From positions 2,081 through 66,080 of the forward strand of contig JBAUAR010000011.1 of assembly GCA_049675875.1 (NCBI GenBank): 64,000 nucleotides of DNA, in the 5' to 3' direction. The notes beneath the pieces were generated by a model. That model had not been told where the DNA came from, ran no database searches, and was given only the letters and a program-made list of their open reading frames with translations. Position numbers and translations under genes: made by a program. Every line of letters starts with the position of its first letter. The first letter of the stretch is position 1. Shown one piece after another: positions 9,007 to 19,143 of the stretch. The stretch is from Streptosporangiaceae bacterium (GTDB taxonomy: Bacteria; Actinomycetota; Actinomycetes; Streptosporangiales; Streptosporangiaceae).

Positions 9007-9797
9007 GCACCGATGCTGCCATCCAGGTTCGGGGTCTGGAGAAGTCCTACAAGGACTTGCGCGTGCTGCGCGGCGTGGACTTCGACGTGGCGCGGGGCAG
9101 CATCTTCGCCCTGCTCGGCTCCAACGGCGCCGGCAAGACCACGACCGTGAACATCCTCTCCACACTGCTCAAGGGCGACGCGGGCACGGCCAGCGTCAAC
9201 GGCTTCGACGTCGCCGCGCAGGCTGCCGACGTGCGAGAGTCCATCAGCCTCACCGGGCAGTTCGCGGCCGTGGACGAGGTCCTCACCGGGCGGGAGAACC
9301 TGGTGCTGGTGGCCCGGCTTCGGCACCTGAAGGGCGCCGGCCAGATCGCGGACCGCCTGCTGGCCCGCTTCCAGCTCACCGACGCGGCGCAGCGCAGGGT
9401 AGCGACATATTCCGGCGGCATGCGCCGCCGCCTGGACATCGCCATGAGCCTCATCGGCAACCCGCCGGTGATCTTCCTGGACGAGCCGACAAGCGGTCTC
9501 GACCCGCAGTCGCGCCTCGAAGTGTGGAACAGCGTCAGGGAACTCGCCGGGCAGGGCACGACAGTGCTGCTCTGCACGCAGCACCTGGACGAGGCCGAAC
9601 AGCTCGCCGACCGGATCGCCGTCCTGCACCAGGGGAAGATCATCGTGAACGGCACCCTCGCCGAGCTGAAGCAGCTCTTCCCGCCCGCCCAGGTCGAGTA
9701 CGTCGAGAAGCAGCCGAGTCTCGAAGACATCTTCCTCGCCATCACCGGCAGTGACAGCAACGCCGGCATGGTCAGCGCCCGCGGCACGGACAACTAA
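9003..9797 (+). CDS. ABC transporter ATP-binding protein (DrrA/ABC-2 type)
   Basis: Has Walker A GSNGAGKTT, the signature YSGGMRRRLD and Walker B VIFLDEPTSGLD. Confidence 0.9.
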   Translation: MSTDAAIQVRGLEKSYKDLRVLRGVDFDVARGSIFALLGSNGAGKTTTVNILSTLLKGDAGTASVNGFDVAAQAADVRESISLTGQFAAVDEVLTGRENLVLVARLRHLKGAGQIADRLLARFQLTDAAQRRVATYSGGMRRRLDIAMSLIGNPPVIFLDEPTSGLDPQSRLEVWNSVRELAGQGTTVLLCTQHLDEAEQLADRIAVLHQGKIIVNGTLAELKQLFPPAQVEYVEKQPSLEDIFLAITGSDSNAGMVSARGTDN

Positions 9798-9806
9798 GGA
9801 ATAACT

Positions 9807-10568
9807 ATGAACAGGCACTTTTTCGGCGACACCGCCGTCTTGCTAGGCCGCACTCTGCGTCACATCACGCGCAGCCCGGACACCATCATCACCACCGCGA
9901 TCATGCCGATCGCCCTCATGCTGCTGTTCGTCTACGTGCTCGGCGGCGCCATCAAGCACGGGTCGGGCTCTTACGTGACCTACCTACTGCCCGGAATCCT
10001 GCTCATCACGATTGCCTCGGGCATCTCCTACACCGCAGTCCGGCTCTTCATGGATATGCAAGGCGGAATCTTCGCGCGCTTCCAGTCCATGCCGATCGCG
10101 CGGTCGTCCGTGCTGTGGTCGCACGTGCTGACTTCGCTGGTCGCCAACCTCATCTCGCTCGTCGTCGTCGTACTCATCGCCGTCGCGATGGGCTTCCGCT
10201 CAGGAGCGGGGGCGCTAGCGTGGCTCGCGGTCGCCGGCATCCTCGTCATCTTCACCTCGGCTTTGACGTGGATCGCCGTCATTCCCGGCCTATCCGCTAA
10301 GACCGTGGACGGCGCAGGCGCCTTCGCTTATCCGCTCATCTTCCTGCCATTCATCAGCTCGGCATTCGTGCCCACCCGCACCATGCCCGGCCCGCTGCGC
10401 GCCTTCGCCGACAACCAGCCCGTTACCTCCGTTGTCAACACCATCCGCGATCTGCTCGCCCAGCAGCCAGTCAGCACCAGCATTTGGACCGCCCTCGCCT
10501 GGTGCCTCGGCACCCTCGTCGTCGCCTACACCCTCGCCATGACCACCTACCACCGCAAGACCGCCTGA
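9807..10568 (+). CDS. ABC-2 type transporter permease
   Basis: Six predicted TM helices, AAGGAA RBS, immediately downstream of the ATPase. Confidence 0.85.
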   Translation: MNRHFFGDTAVLLGRTLRHITRSPDTIITTAIMPIALMLLFVYVLGGAIKHGSGSYVTYLLPGILLITIASGISYTAVRLFMDMQGGIFARFQSMPIARSSVLWSHVLTSLVANLISLVVVVLIAVAMGFRSGAGALAWLAVAGILVIFTSALTWIAVIPGLSAKTVDGAGAFAYPLIFLPFISSAFVPTRTMPGPLRAFADNQPVTSVVNTIRDLLAQQPVSTSIWTALAWCLGTLVVAYTLAMTTYHRKTA

Positions 10569-10822
10569 GGACGTGCCTGCTCGGGCCAATCACTCCTCAA
10601 CGCCACCCCGTCGACGCCCAGCACGCCGGATGTCGGCACCAGCGAGGTCGGGGTGGGGTTCCACGCCAAATCGCCGACCGCACGCGGGTCGAACTGGAGC
10701 ACCGGCACATCGACCGGCACGGCCCTGGCCCGGAAGCGGTCACTGACGGTATCGATGGCTCGCAGGGCTGGCCCCTGTACCTCGACCGCTATGCCGCCCT
10801 GGTCAAGGAAGAGCGCTGACAT
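10547..10822 (-). CDS. Hypothetical protein or gene fragment
   Basis: Third-position G/C bias is higher in this frame than in the codon-aligned plus-strand frame. ATG at 10822. No family recognised. The 3' end overlaps the permease gene. Confidence 0.3.
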   Translation of the reverse strand: MSALFLDQGGIAVEVQGPALRAIDTVSDRFRARAVPVDVPVLQFDPRAVGDLAWNPTPTSLVPTSGVLGVDGVALRSDWPEQARPQAVLRW

Positions 10823-10836
10823 GTCGGCAATCACTG

Positions 10837-10862
10837 CTGGGGACCATCTGGGGACCACACGC
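10837..10862 (+). repeat. Third copy of the phased direct repeat CTGGGGACCAT-CTGGGGACCAC-ACGC, without the tRNA-like part
   Basis: This 26-nt string (10837-10862) matches copy B (7780-7805) exactly and copy A nearly exactly. It is intergenic, 180 nt upstream of the GH15 gene. Confidence 0.7.
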
Positions 10863-11040
10863 AAGCGCCTGACGGGGATTCCCGGCGGGACACGTGCCGT
10901 ACGTCACCGCCAAACCGGCTCATCGCCCCGGGCAGCACTGCGTCATCCGGCGGGGGTGATGTGCCAGGGGCGCGTGGCAGCGACTGTGAGTTGGTTGGGC
11001 CAGGCATCGGACGAACACAGACGAGCACAGGGGAGAAAGG

Positions 11041-12939
11041 ATGACAACTCAGGGCACGAACGGACGCTATCCGGACATCAGTGATCATGGTCTCATCGGT
11101 GACCTTCAGACGGCGGCGCTGGTGACGAGCGATGGCACTATCGACTTCTTCTGCTGCCCGCGATTCGACTCACCGAGCATCTTCGCGTCGCTGCTGGATC
11201 ACGACAACGGCGGTTACTTCCGGATCTCGCCTGTCGGCGGCAACTACGTGTCGAAGCAGCTCTACTTCCCCGACACCGCGATGCTCATCACGCGCTTCAT
11301 GACGCCAGACGGCGTCGGCGAGGTGCTGGACTTCATGCCAGTCATCCAGGACGCCGTGCCCACCGACCGGCAGCGCCTGGTCCGACACCTGCGGGTGGCG
11401 CGCGGCACGATGCAGTTCGATGTGGAGATCCAGCCCCGGTTCAACTACGGCCGCTCCAGCCACACCGTGGAGCTGTCCGAAAACGGCGCGGTCTTCCGTG
11501 CGGCCGACGGCACGGAGCTGACGGTCCACACGGCCACCGAGCGCGGTCCGGCGGAAGCCGCGGGCGCCGTGCAGCAGGTCGGTGACGGACTGCACACCAC
11601 GATCACAATGCGTGAGGGCGAGAGCGGCGCCGGAGTGGTGCTCGAGTCCATGGGCGGCCAGCCCCAGCGCCTGCCGCGCGCTGAGCTCGAGCGCCTGGCA
11701 GACGACACCGCCATGTACTGGAAGGCGTGGCTGAAGCGCTCCACCTACACCGGACGCTGGCGGGAGATAGTGACCCGGTCAGCGATGACGCTCAAGCTGC
11801 TCACGTACCACCCGACCGGCGCACCGGTCGCAGCGGCCACCTTCGGCCTGCCGGAACAGGCCGGCGGCGAGCGGAACTGGGACTACCGGTTCACGTGGAT
11901 CCGGGACGGGTCGCTGTCCATGCACGCGCTGGCGAACCTCGGGTACCGGGAGGAGGCCGGCCGGTTCGGTGCCTGGATACGCGACCGTGCCGTCCAGGAC
12001 GCCGCGGCCAACGGCACAGGACCTTTGAAGATCATGTACCGGGTCGACGGTTCGTCGGACCTGACCGAGGAGACGCTCGACCACTTCGACGGCTGGCGCG
12101 GCTCCCGGCCGGTGCGCGTCGGCAATGGCGCAGCTGATCAGCTGCAGCTAGACATCTACGGCGAGGCGGGGGACGCGATCCTGACCGGCGACGACCACGG
12201 GCTGCCGATCGCGCACCGGGGCTGGCTCGCCCTCACGAGCATCGTCGACTGGGTCAGCGACAACTGGGACCAGCCCGACGCAGGTGTCTGGGAGACTCGC
12301 GGCGGGCCCAAGAACTTCACCTACGGCCGGTTCCAGTGCTGGGTCGCACTGGATCGAGCCATCAAGCTGGCCGCGCGGCACGGCTGGCCGGCCAACGTCG
12401 CGAAATGGACCGTCGAGCGCGATCGGATCTTCAGCCAGATCATGAAGCGCGGCTGGAACACCAAGGTCAACGCTTTCACCCAGCACTACGACACCGACGT
12501 GCTCGACTCCATACTCCTGTTTATGCCGCTCGAGGGCTTCATCGCCCCGACCGACCCGATGTGGCTGTCTACGCTGGACGCGATGGACCGCGAACTCGTC
12601 TCCGACAGCCTCGTGTACCGGTACAACCCGGCCGCTTCGCCGGACGGGCTGCACGGCAGCGAGGGCACGTTCTCTCTCTGCACCTTCCTGTATGTAGACG
12701 CGCTCGCGCGGGCCGGGCGCCTCGACGACGCGGTCCTGACGTTCGAGAAGATGGGCACCTACGGGAACCACCTCGGCCTGTTCTCTGAGGAGATCGACTC
12801 CACCGGTGGCCAGCTCGGCAACTTCCCGCAGGCCTTCACGCACCTCGCACTCATCAACGCAGCCATCACGCTCAACCGTGAGCTTGACATACGCGATGGC
12901 AAGGTGGAGCCGGTCCTAGCGTCCGCCGTCGCCAGGTAG
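11041..12939 (+). CDS. Glycoside hydrolase family 15 protein (glucoamylase/trehalase-like)
   Basis: Carries DHGLIGDLQTAALVTSDGTIDFFCCPRFDSPSIFASLL and ERNWDYRFTWIRDGS, conserved GH15 motifs. AGGGGAGAAAGG RBS. Confidence 0.9.
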   Translation: MTTQGTNGRYPDISDHGLIGDLQTAALVTSDGTIDFFCCPRFDSPSIFASLLDHDNGGYFRISPVGGNYVSKQLYFPDTAMLITRFMTPDGVGEVLDFMPVIQDAVPTDRQRLVRHLRVARGTMQFDVEIQPRFNYGRSSHTVELSENGAVFRAADGTELTVHTATERGPAEAAGAVQQVGDGLHTTITMREGESGAGVVLESMGGQPQRLPRAELERLADDTAMYWKAWLKRSTYTGRWREIVTRSAMTLKLLTYHPTGAPVAAATFGLPEQAGGERNWDYRFTWIRDGSLSMHALANLGYREEAGRFGAWIRDRAVQDAAANGTGPLKIMYRVDGSSDLTEETLDHFDGWRGSRPVRVGNGAADQLQLDIYGEAGDAILTGDDHGLPIAHRGWLALTSIVDWVSDNWDQPDAGVWETRGGPKNFTYGRFQCWVALDRAIKLAARHGWPANVAKWTVERDRIFSQIMKRGWNTKVNAFTQHYDTDVLDSILLFMPLEGFIAPTDPMWLSTLDAMDRELVSDSLVYRYNPAASPDGLHGSEGTFSLCTFLYVDALARAGRLDDAVLTFEKMGTYGNHLGLFSEEIDSTGGQLGNFPQAFTHLALINAAITLNRELDIRDGKVEPVLASAVAR

Positions 12940-12961
12940 CGGCGTCGGCTGCTCAGACAAT

Positions 12962-12994
12962 GGGAGGTGCTGGCACGAGGTGCCAGCGCCTCCC
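12962..12994 (+). terminator. Strong hairpin downstream of GH15 (I-shaped terminator candidate)
   Basis: GGGAGGTGCTGGCAC-GAG-GTGCCAGCGCCTCCC forms a 15-bp stem with one G-U pair, 22 nt after the stop. No U-tract. Confidence 0.5.
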
Positions 12995-13392
12995 CCATCG
13001 TGCTCGCGCGGCGCAAGAGAGCGATCGGCGTTACTCAGGTCTCCAGACTGTCAGGGGACTCCCGCGTGGCACTGCATCGCCATCACCGAGCCGGGATGAT
13101 GCAGGGTCGGCGTCCGTGCCCAGCTGACAGTGTCAGGGTCCGTGTCACTGGCGTGCGGCAGAGGGAAGGAAGCCTGCGGGCGCTGCCGCGACCGCGCGAG
13201 GAAGCAACACACCGACCCGATGGCAGCGTGTGCGGCGGGAAAGGATAGACGGATGGCAGGGACCTCTGGCCTTGAGCCCGCCCGGCTGCCCGGCAGGAGC
13301 ATCGGAACCCGCGAGCCCGGATCTGCTGCGAGCGACTGCCCAGGGCCGCAGGCATTCGCCGGAGGCATGGCGCCGCTACCGGTCAGGCAGGT

Positions 13393-14073
13393 ATGAACGC
13401 TGCGTTCTTCGGGCTGGCCGGCCTCGCGGCGCTGAATCCGAAGCTGCTCATCATCGACCTGATCCTGGCCACGAACCGGCAGCCCAGGCTGATGTTCGCG
13501 TGTTTCCTGCTTGGCGGGATGGGCCTGGCCATAACGGTCGGACTGCTGGATGTGTTCATGCTGCACATCGATGCCATCAAGACCCAGAATCAATCCGGCG
13601 GCGGGCTCGACCTGGCCCTCGGAATACCGGTGCTTGCCGTCGGCGCGCTGCTGGCGACCAATCACCTGCACATCCACCGGGGTCGGCCCCATCCGCCGCC
13701 CAAGAAGCCGCCATCAAAGCTGGAAAGCTGGGTGCTACGGACTTTGCACGAGCCCCGGTACGGGCTCGCCGTCATCATCGGCCTGGCCGCCGGCATCCCG
13801 GGTGTCTCTTATCTCCTCGCCCTGCACCACCTCGTCGCCAGCAAGACGCCTGCCGCCATAGCGGTGGTCGCGGTGCTGGTATTCATCACCATCAACTTCG
13901 CGCTCGTGATCGTCCCGTTCGCGTTCCTGGGGGCCCGCCCCCAGCGCACCGAAAACGCGATCAGGCGGTTCAAGGACTGGATCGTCAGCCACGAGCGGCA
14001 GATCGCGGCCGTCGTCGCCCTGTTCGCAGGCGCATACATGGTGATCAGCGGCACCCTGCGGCTGCTGAGCTGA
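13393..14073 (+). CDS. GAP-family (DUF2910-like) membrane protein
   Basis: Polytopic membrane protein. The N-terminus FFGLAGLAALNPKLLIIDLILA resembles the GAP family. Good codon bias. Confidence 0.65.
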   Translation: MNAAFFGLAGLAALNPKLLIIDLILATNRQPRLMFACFLLGGMGLAITVGLLDVFMLHIDAIKTQNQSGGGLDLALGIPVLAVGALLATNHLHIHRGRPHPPPKKPPSKLESWVLRTLHEPRYGLAVIIGLAAGIPGVSYLLALHHLVASKTPAAIAVVAVLVFITINFALVIVPFAFLGARPQRTENAIRRFKDWIVSHERQIAAVVALFAGAYMVISGTLRLLS

Positions 14074-14863
14074 CCTGCCAGCCGCTGCTCGGTCGGGCTC
14101 TTCGGCAACGCAGGTCGTTCGTCGTCGGGCCCGACGAGTGACCACAGAGGCCCGCGGCGAGGGCGCACGTTCCAATGATGCATGCTTGCTTTGGCTGTCG
14201 GGGGAACGGGCATGCGGCTTGCGGGGAAGGGGTCATCATCAGCAGCTTGGCCCACGGCTTGATCGCGGAGACGTCGGTGGGGCTGAACGCGGTTGCTGTC
14301 CAAAACGACAGCGACAGGTAGTCGGCGAACTTCGGCACCCAGTCGGCTGGCGAGTAGCTGGTGTGCTGCATCTCCGCGAACACGAACGCCGGGTTCGCGT
14401 CCGGATGCTCAGCGCGGGCGGCGGCGCCGCCACGATCCAGATCCCAGTACCACAGCCCGAACGCAATCACGTTCGTGGCCCAGATCACCCCGCCGGTGGC
14501 CAGCAGCCCGGCGGCGTTGGCCGCGAAGAGCTTGTTGACGGTGATGATCTCGCCAACGAGGCGGCCGGCAGCGAACAGATTCGCCAGCGTCAGCAGGGCG
14601 ATGACGACGCCGGTCGTAACGCGCAGCCAGGGCTTCTGGCGGTCGATGCGACCAGGATCCCCGAAGATCAGGGCAGCCAGCAACCCGAGCAGCACCACGG
14701 GGAGAACCCAAGCGGGGTTCACCCGGTACTCGCTAGGCAGCACCACGTGCAGGCCGACGACAACGACAATCGCCAGCGCCACCGGCCACCAGTTCTCACC
14801 ACGTTCAGCAGCCGGCGGCGCCGTCACTGGGGGCGGATCGGCTGGGTCCTGGCCGCATGCCAT
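14045..14863 (-). CDS. DUF1345-family membrane protein, C-terminus probably replaced or truncated
   Basis: WATNVIAFGLWYWDLDRGG...FADYLSLSFWTATAFSPTDVS matches DUF1345. After KLLMM the frame runs into non-membrane, AT-richer sequence and overlaps the convergent gene by 29 nt. Confidence 0.65.
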   Translation of the reverse strand: MACGQDPADPPPVTAPPAAERGENWWPVALAIVVVVGLHVVLPSEYRVNPAWVLPVVLLGLLAALIFGDPGRIDRQKPWLRVTTGVVIALLTLANLFAAGRLVGEIITVNKLFAANAAGLLATGGVIWATNVIAFGLWYWDLDRGGAAARAEHPDANPAFVFAEMQHTSYSPADWVPKFADYLSLSFWTATAFSPTDVSAIKPWAKLLMMTPSPQAACPFPRQPKQACIIGTCALAAGLCGHSSGPTTNDLRCRRARPSSGWQVSSAAAGCR

Positions 14864-15074
14864 ACGTCCATTGTGGCCAGCCAGCCAGCTAATCAACCGG
14901 GCGAGCCCGCCTGCTGTCCCGGTCCGAGGAAATCGAGCAAGGCAAGGCCGTCCCCGAAGGCATCGCCGACACCGACGCGCAGCCGCGAATGGCCACTGAC
15001 CGCGTTCACCATGTCGGGCGACGGCGCAAGCCATGGCCGGCAACAGAGCGCAGCGGCCCCGATCGCGATCATGC

Positions 15075-16421
15075 TTATGCCGGAGCTGCCGGTCTCGCCC
15101 CGGCTTTGTGCGCACGTTTGCGGCTGGCGAGCAGGTACTTGACGGCTTCCATGGTAAAGAAGGCGGTGATGACGGCGATCAGGATGGGTGCGGTCTGCAG
15201 CGCCCCCACCTGGGTCAAGAACGCGGCCATCAACACCATCGAGAACGGCGCCGGCGCGAGTGCCCCCGGGACGGCGGCGAGCAGGCAGGTGAACGCCAGT
15301 CCCAGCGGCACGCTCGGGATGGCCTGGTGGACGATGACTCCGGCGGTTCCGCCGATGAACAACGACGGGAAGATCGGCCCGCCGACGAAGCCGCTGCCCT
15401 GGCTGACGGCGAAGGTGAGCATCTTGGCGATCAGGATGGCGACAAGCAGGCCCAAGCCCAGGGTCGCCGCATCGTTGAGGATGGATTTGAGCTGATCGCT
15501 ACCCGAGAACATTGTCAGCGGCAGTGCCACGCCGACGATCCCGAACGCCACGCCGCCCAGCGTTGATTTCGCGATAGCGGGGACCTTCAGCTGGGCGAAC
15601 AGGCGCGCCGCCGCCATCATGAACCCAGCCAGCAGCATCACCACCAGGGCCGCGAATAGGCCCAGCGGAACCCCCGCGAGCAGCTGCCAGTCCTCGAACT
15701 TGTAGGACGGCACCTTGTAGTCGTCCAGGAACACCGCGCCGGCGATGGCGAAGTAGATGCCGAATGAGACGCTCGACGCCACGACCTCCGCGGCCAGGGC
15801 CTTGGCGAAACGCTGTCCGCCAGGCCGGGCGACCTCCAGGATCAGCAGCACGACAATCACAGTGCTGGAGAAGAGCCCGCCATAGGCGCCGGCGAAGCCC
15901 GCCAGGGCGTTCACCTGAGAGTCCTCTTTAGCGAGCGCCCTGCGCTGGGCGATCCAGCTGCCCGCCCCACCCCCCATAGAGCCCAGCGCCTTTTCCGGGC
16001 CCAGGCTGGCGCCTCCGATCAGGGACACCGTCGAGACTGCCACGATCCCCGGAACTATTCCCGGATTGACCCGTTCTGTTTGCAGGTCCGCGAACAAGCC
16101 AGGAACTTCCCATGGCAGGCGCATCAGGCGACGGAGTAGCCCGACTGCGATACCGGCCGCCGCGGCAACCGCCACCCACCACCAGTGCCCGCCGAACCAG
16201 CCCGGATGGGAATCGGAATACCACTTGCCCCCGAACTTGATTACTCCGATGAACACCAGGCCGGCGAGGGCGCCGAACACCCCGAGGGCGACCGCGTAAC
16301 CCATCAGGGCCCAGAACTCCCCCTTCTGAGTGACCGGCGGGGTAGCGTCCGGTCCAGCGGAGGCGCTCACGACGCGAACCCCAGCGAGGCTGAACTCGCA
16401 CGCCGCCACAGCCGCCGCCAA
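15075..16421 (-). CDS. ClC-family chloride channel / H+-Cl- antiporter
   Basis: Has the ClC selectivity motifs GASLGPEKA and GFVGGPIFP. About 10-12 TM helices. Confidence 0.85.
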   Translation of the reverse strand: MAAAVAACEFSLAGVRVVSASAGPDATPPVTQKGEFWALMGYAVALGVFGALAGLVFIGVIKFGGKWYSDSHPGWFGGHWWWVAVAAAAGIAVGLLRRLMRLPWEVPGLFADLQTERVNPGIVPGIVAVSTVSLIGGASLGPEKALGSMGGGAGSWIAQRRALAKEDSQVNALAGFAGAYGGLFSSTVIVVLLILEVARPGGQRFAKALAAEVVASSVSFGIYFAIAGAVFLDDYKVPSYKFEDWQLLAGVPLGLFAALVVMLLAGFMMAAARLFAQLKVPAIAKSTLGGVAFGIVGVALPLTMFSGSDQLKSILNDAATLGLGLLVAILIAKMLTFAVSQGSGFVGGPIFPSLFIGGTAGVIVHQAIPSVPLGLAFTCLLAAVPGALAPAPFSMVLMAAFLTQVGALQTAPILIAVITAFFTMEAVKYLLASRKRAHKAGARPAAPA

Positions 16422-16680
16422 CAGGCCGAACCATCGCGGTCAGCTACCAGACACTTCGAAGAGCTCAGACTCGGCATGCCGCCTCCACCCTCCTGGGGCG
16501 CCGTTTTCGCTGACATACCGGTCCCAGCCGAGCGTCCAGGCCTGCCCGTCGCAAGCCGTGCCAGCACCGCGAGGGAAAGGACCGCAACCTGGTATTCCCG
16601 CCCGGCCGCCTGTCGAAAGCTCCCCGACAGGAGCGGGAGCCACGCATTGCCGGGCAGAGAACTACATCCGCGCCAGGCAG

Positions 16681-17658
16681 CTAGATATCGACCGTGTAGG
16701 GAATGGTGCCGTTCTTGGCTGCTGCCTGGAAGTCGGAGAAGTCTTGTTCGTTCTGGTCTGCATAGAGCTCCGCGAATTCGGCGATCGCATGGTCGAACGC
16801 CGCGGACCGACCGAGGTAGGACGCCTGGGCTATGCGGTCACCGGACCGGGCATGTGCCCTGGCCAGCGTCCAGCCGCAGATGCCGGCGTACGCACCCATC
16901 CCCGACGGACTCATCCGGTCGATCGGGACGGAGGACTTCCAGTCTTTGAGCTGGCGTACATAGAAGTCCCGCTCAACCTCATCGGGGCCGGTGGTGCGAG
17001 TCCAGCCGAGAACGATGTCGCTCTCAGCCTGCATCAGGTGCTGCCCGGCCACGACCCGCTCGCCCTGGTTTGCGTACTGGCTCCGCCCGCAGAAGTCAGC
17101 CAGCACGGACTCCTGCGCCTCCTTGGCCTGCAAGAACAGCGGCTCGGTCCCCTCGGCTTGCATCAGCGCAATCCACGCGCGGGTGCCGACGCTGCCGACC
17201 CCGACCACCTTGCGAGCCACCTGGACCAGCCGGAACTGATCGAGCAGATGCCGCCGGTCGGACTCCAGGGTGCGCTTGTACTTGCCGAGAACGCTCTGAA
17301 TCTCCTGGTAGATCGCGCTGGCTTGGATGTCTGCGTAGAGCTCTTCGACTGGCACGATCGTCGGCGGGTCACTGATGATCCGGCGCTGTCCGTCGGTCAC
17401 GGTGGTGAGCTTGCTCAGCGCCTGCGTACTGTCCCGTGTGTGCGCCTTTGTGACCATTGCCTCGGTGCGCTTGACGCGCGTCGGCTTGAGCTGCGACTTG
17501 ACGTCGCTGAGAGCGCTTTCGACGTCCAGGTGCTCGTACCACACGTCCAGGAAGGACAGCTTCGCGAACCGCCCCATCGCCGTCCGGTAGGCCTTTGCCG
17601 CCGCCAGGACAATCTTGCGCCGCGCCTTGCGACGGAAGCCGTTCCCCCGGCCGGCCAC
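16681..17658 (-). pseudogene. DUF2252-family protein lacking about the N-terminal third
   Basis: Similarity begins at AVAGRGNGFRRKARRKIVLAAAKAYRTAMGRFAKLSFLDVWYEHL, a mid-protein region of DUF2252. The open frame upstream has no DUF2252-like sequence and no start. Confidence 0.6.
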
Positions 17659-17883
17659 CGCCGGGTGGCTGGCACGATCATCCTGCTGCTGGGCCTGGGC
17701 GTGGCCGCCACGTCGCTGGCGAAGTCCGCCGATGCGATCAGCTACGCCGTGAGGCGCACTAGCGAGTTCCGCTAGTCGGGAACGCCACCTTGGCCGGAGC
17801 TGACGAAAAGCCCAGCCTGACTGCAGTCGTGTGCGGGTGCTGGCGGGTGCCCGCAGACGGCGGCGCTTGAACGCGGCGGGCGG

Positions 17884-18933
17884 GTGCCTGGTTGCCGCAG
17901 CAGGGCACGGTTCTTAAAGTTAGCTGGCGTGACAGCGGGTCGGACGCCGTGGATTGACGTGCATGCCCACCCAGGCCGTTGCTTCCTGGCCGGCCTGGAG
18001 GCCGGTGACCCACTAGCGGCCCGGCTGGGCGGCGAGGACACCGCCGCTGCGCTCTCAGCTGCCCGCGCGGCGGGGATGGCCGCGGTGACCCTGTCGACGG
18101 TAGCCGATCTTCGGGTTCTGGCGCCCGATCCGGTGCGGGGCCTGCGGGTCAGCCGCCCGTTCCGGCCCGGCGAGGCCTATGCGGATCACCGGCGCCAGTT
18201 GGCCGGCATCACCCAGATCCTCGCCGGGCTCGACGCGCGGCCGGCAGTCACCGCGGCAGAGATCGAGACCGCCTGGGCGAGCGGGCGGACCGCTGCGCTG
18301 CTGTCCTGCGAAGGCGGCGACTTCCTCGAGGGCAAGCTGGAGCCACTAGCCGAGGTGCGGGCGCTCGGCGCGTCCTCACTGACCCTGGTGCACTACCGCG
18401 TCAATGACATCGGTGATGTGCAGACCGAACCGCCAGTGCACGGCGGGCTGACCGCCTTCGGCCGCGAGGTGGTGGCGGAATGCAACCACCTCGGCATCAT
18501 CATCGACTGCGCGCACGCCACCTTCGCCACCACCGCCGCTGTCCTGGAGACCTCCCGCCAGCCCGTCATGATCTCGCACAGCCACCTCGACCACCAAGAC
18601 AGCCACCATCCCCGGCTGCTCAGCCCGGCACACGCCGCGGCTGTCGCCGACGTCGGCGGCCTTATCGGAGCCTGGCCAGCCGGCATCACCGCCACCAGCC
18701 TCGCCGACTTCGCCGACGAGATCACCCGCCTGACCGACCTCGTCGGCCCCGACCACGTCGCCATCGGCACCGACATGGACGCCAACTATAAGCCGGTTCT
18801 TGCCAGCTACGCCGACTTCACCGCCCTCCCCGAACTGCTGGCCAGCCGCGGCCTCACCGACGCCGACACGGGCAAGGTTCTTGGCGGCAACATGCTCGAC
18901 CTGCTGCGCACCGTCGTGGCACACGCCGACTGA
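17884..18933 (+). CDS. Membrane dipeptidase (peptidase family M19)
   Basis: LTLVHYRVNDIGD...GGLTAFGREVVAECNHLGIIIDCAHATF...PVMISHSHL...VAIGTDMD are M19 motifs. The N-terminus RARFLKLAG looks Tat-like. Confidence 0.8.
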   Translation: MPGCRSRARFLKLAGVTAGRTPWIDVHAHPGRCFLAGLEAGDPLAARLGGEDTAAALSAARAAGMAAVTLSTVADLRVLAPDPVRGLRVSRPFRPGEAYADHRRQLAGITQILAGLDARPAVTAAEIETAWASGRTAALLSCEGGDFLEGKLEPLAEVRALGASSLTLVHYRVNDIGDVQTEPPVHGGLTAFGREVVAECNHLGIIIDCAHATFATTAAVLETSRQPVMISHSHLDHQDSHHPRLLSPAHAAAVADVGGLIGAWPAGITATSLADFADEITRLTDLVGPDHVAIGTDMDANYKPVLASYADFTALPELLASRGLTDADTGKVLGGNMLDLLRTVVAHAD

Positions 18934-19143
18934 CCCAGCCGCAACGCGCACTCCCCCGACAGATCCGAGCGTTGTCACCATCCGATCGGAACGCACAAGC
19001 ATCGGAAGCGTTGACCGCGGTTCTCGATCGGAGCCCGTGAGGGCCAGTTTATGTTGCCCTGGGGTGTCTCGGGATGATCCGGTCTGGATGGCCGCGTTAC
19101 ACAGGTTGCAGCGGTAGCGACGGCCGGTGGTGGCTGGCCGGGC

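Noticed and set aside
8922-9818. 298-aa minus-strand ORF covering the ABC ATPase gene. Similar long antisense or out-of-frame ORFs lie at 12148-12843, 13051-13692, 20324-21376 and 25431-26573.
   Set aside because: They lie opposite or out of frame to genes with clear family motifs. Their sequences are Arg/Gly/Pro/Ala-rich and low complexity, and they have no recognisable motifs. This is the typical stop-codon-poor artefact of high-GC DNA.
16330-17775. 481-aa plus-strand ORF across the DUF2252 locus. Comparable ORFs lie at 35075-36553, 45933-47144, 49023-50054, 56978-58141 and 58600-60255.
   Set aside because: Same reasoning: each is antisense to a well-supported gene (DUF2252, FAD monooxygenase, FMN-dependent dehydrogenase/VOC, crotonase, flippase-like protein, CDP-alcohol transferase fusion). 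None shows a domain signature.
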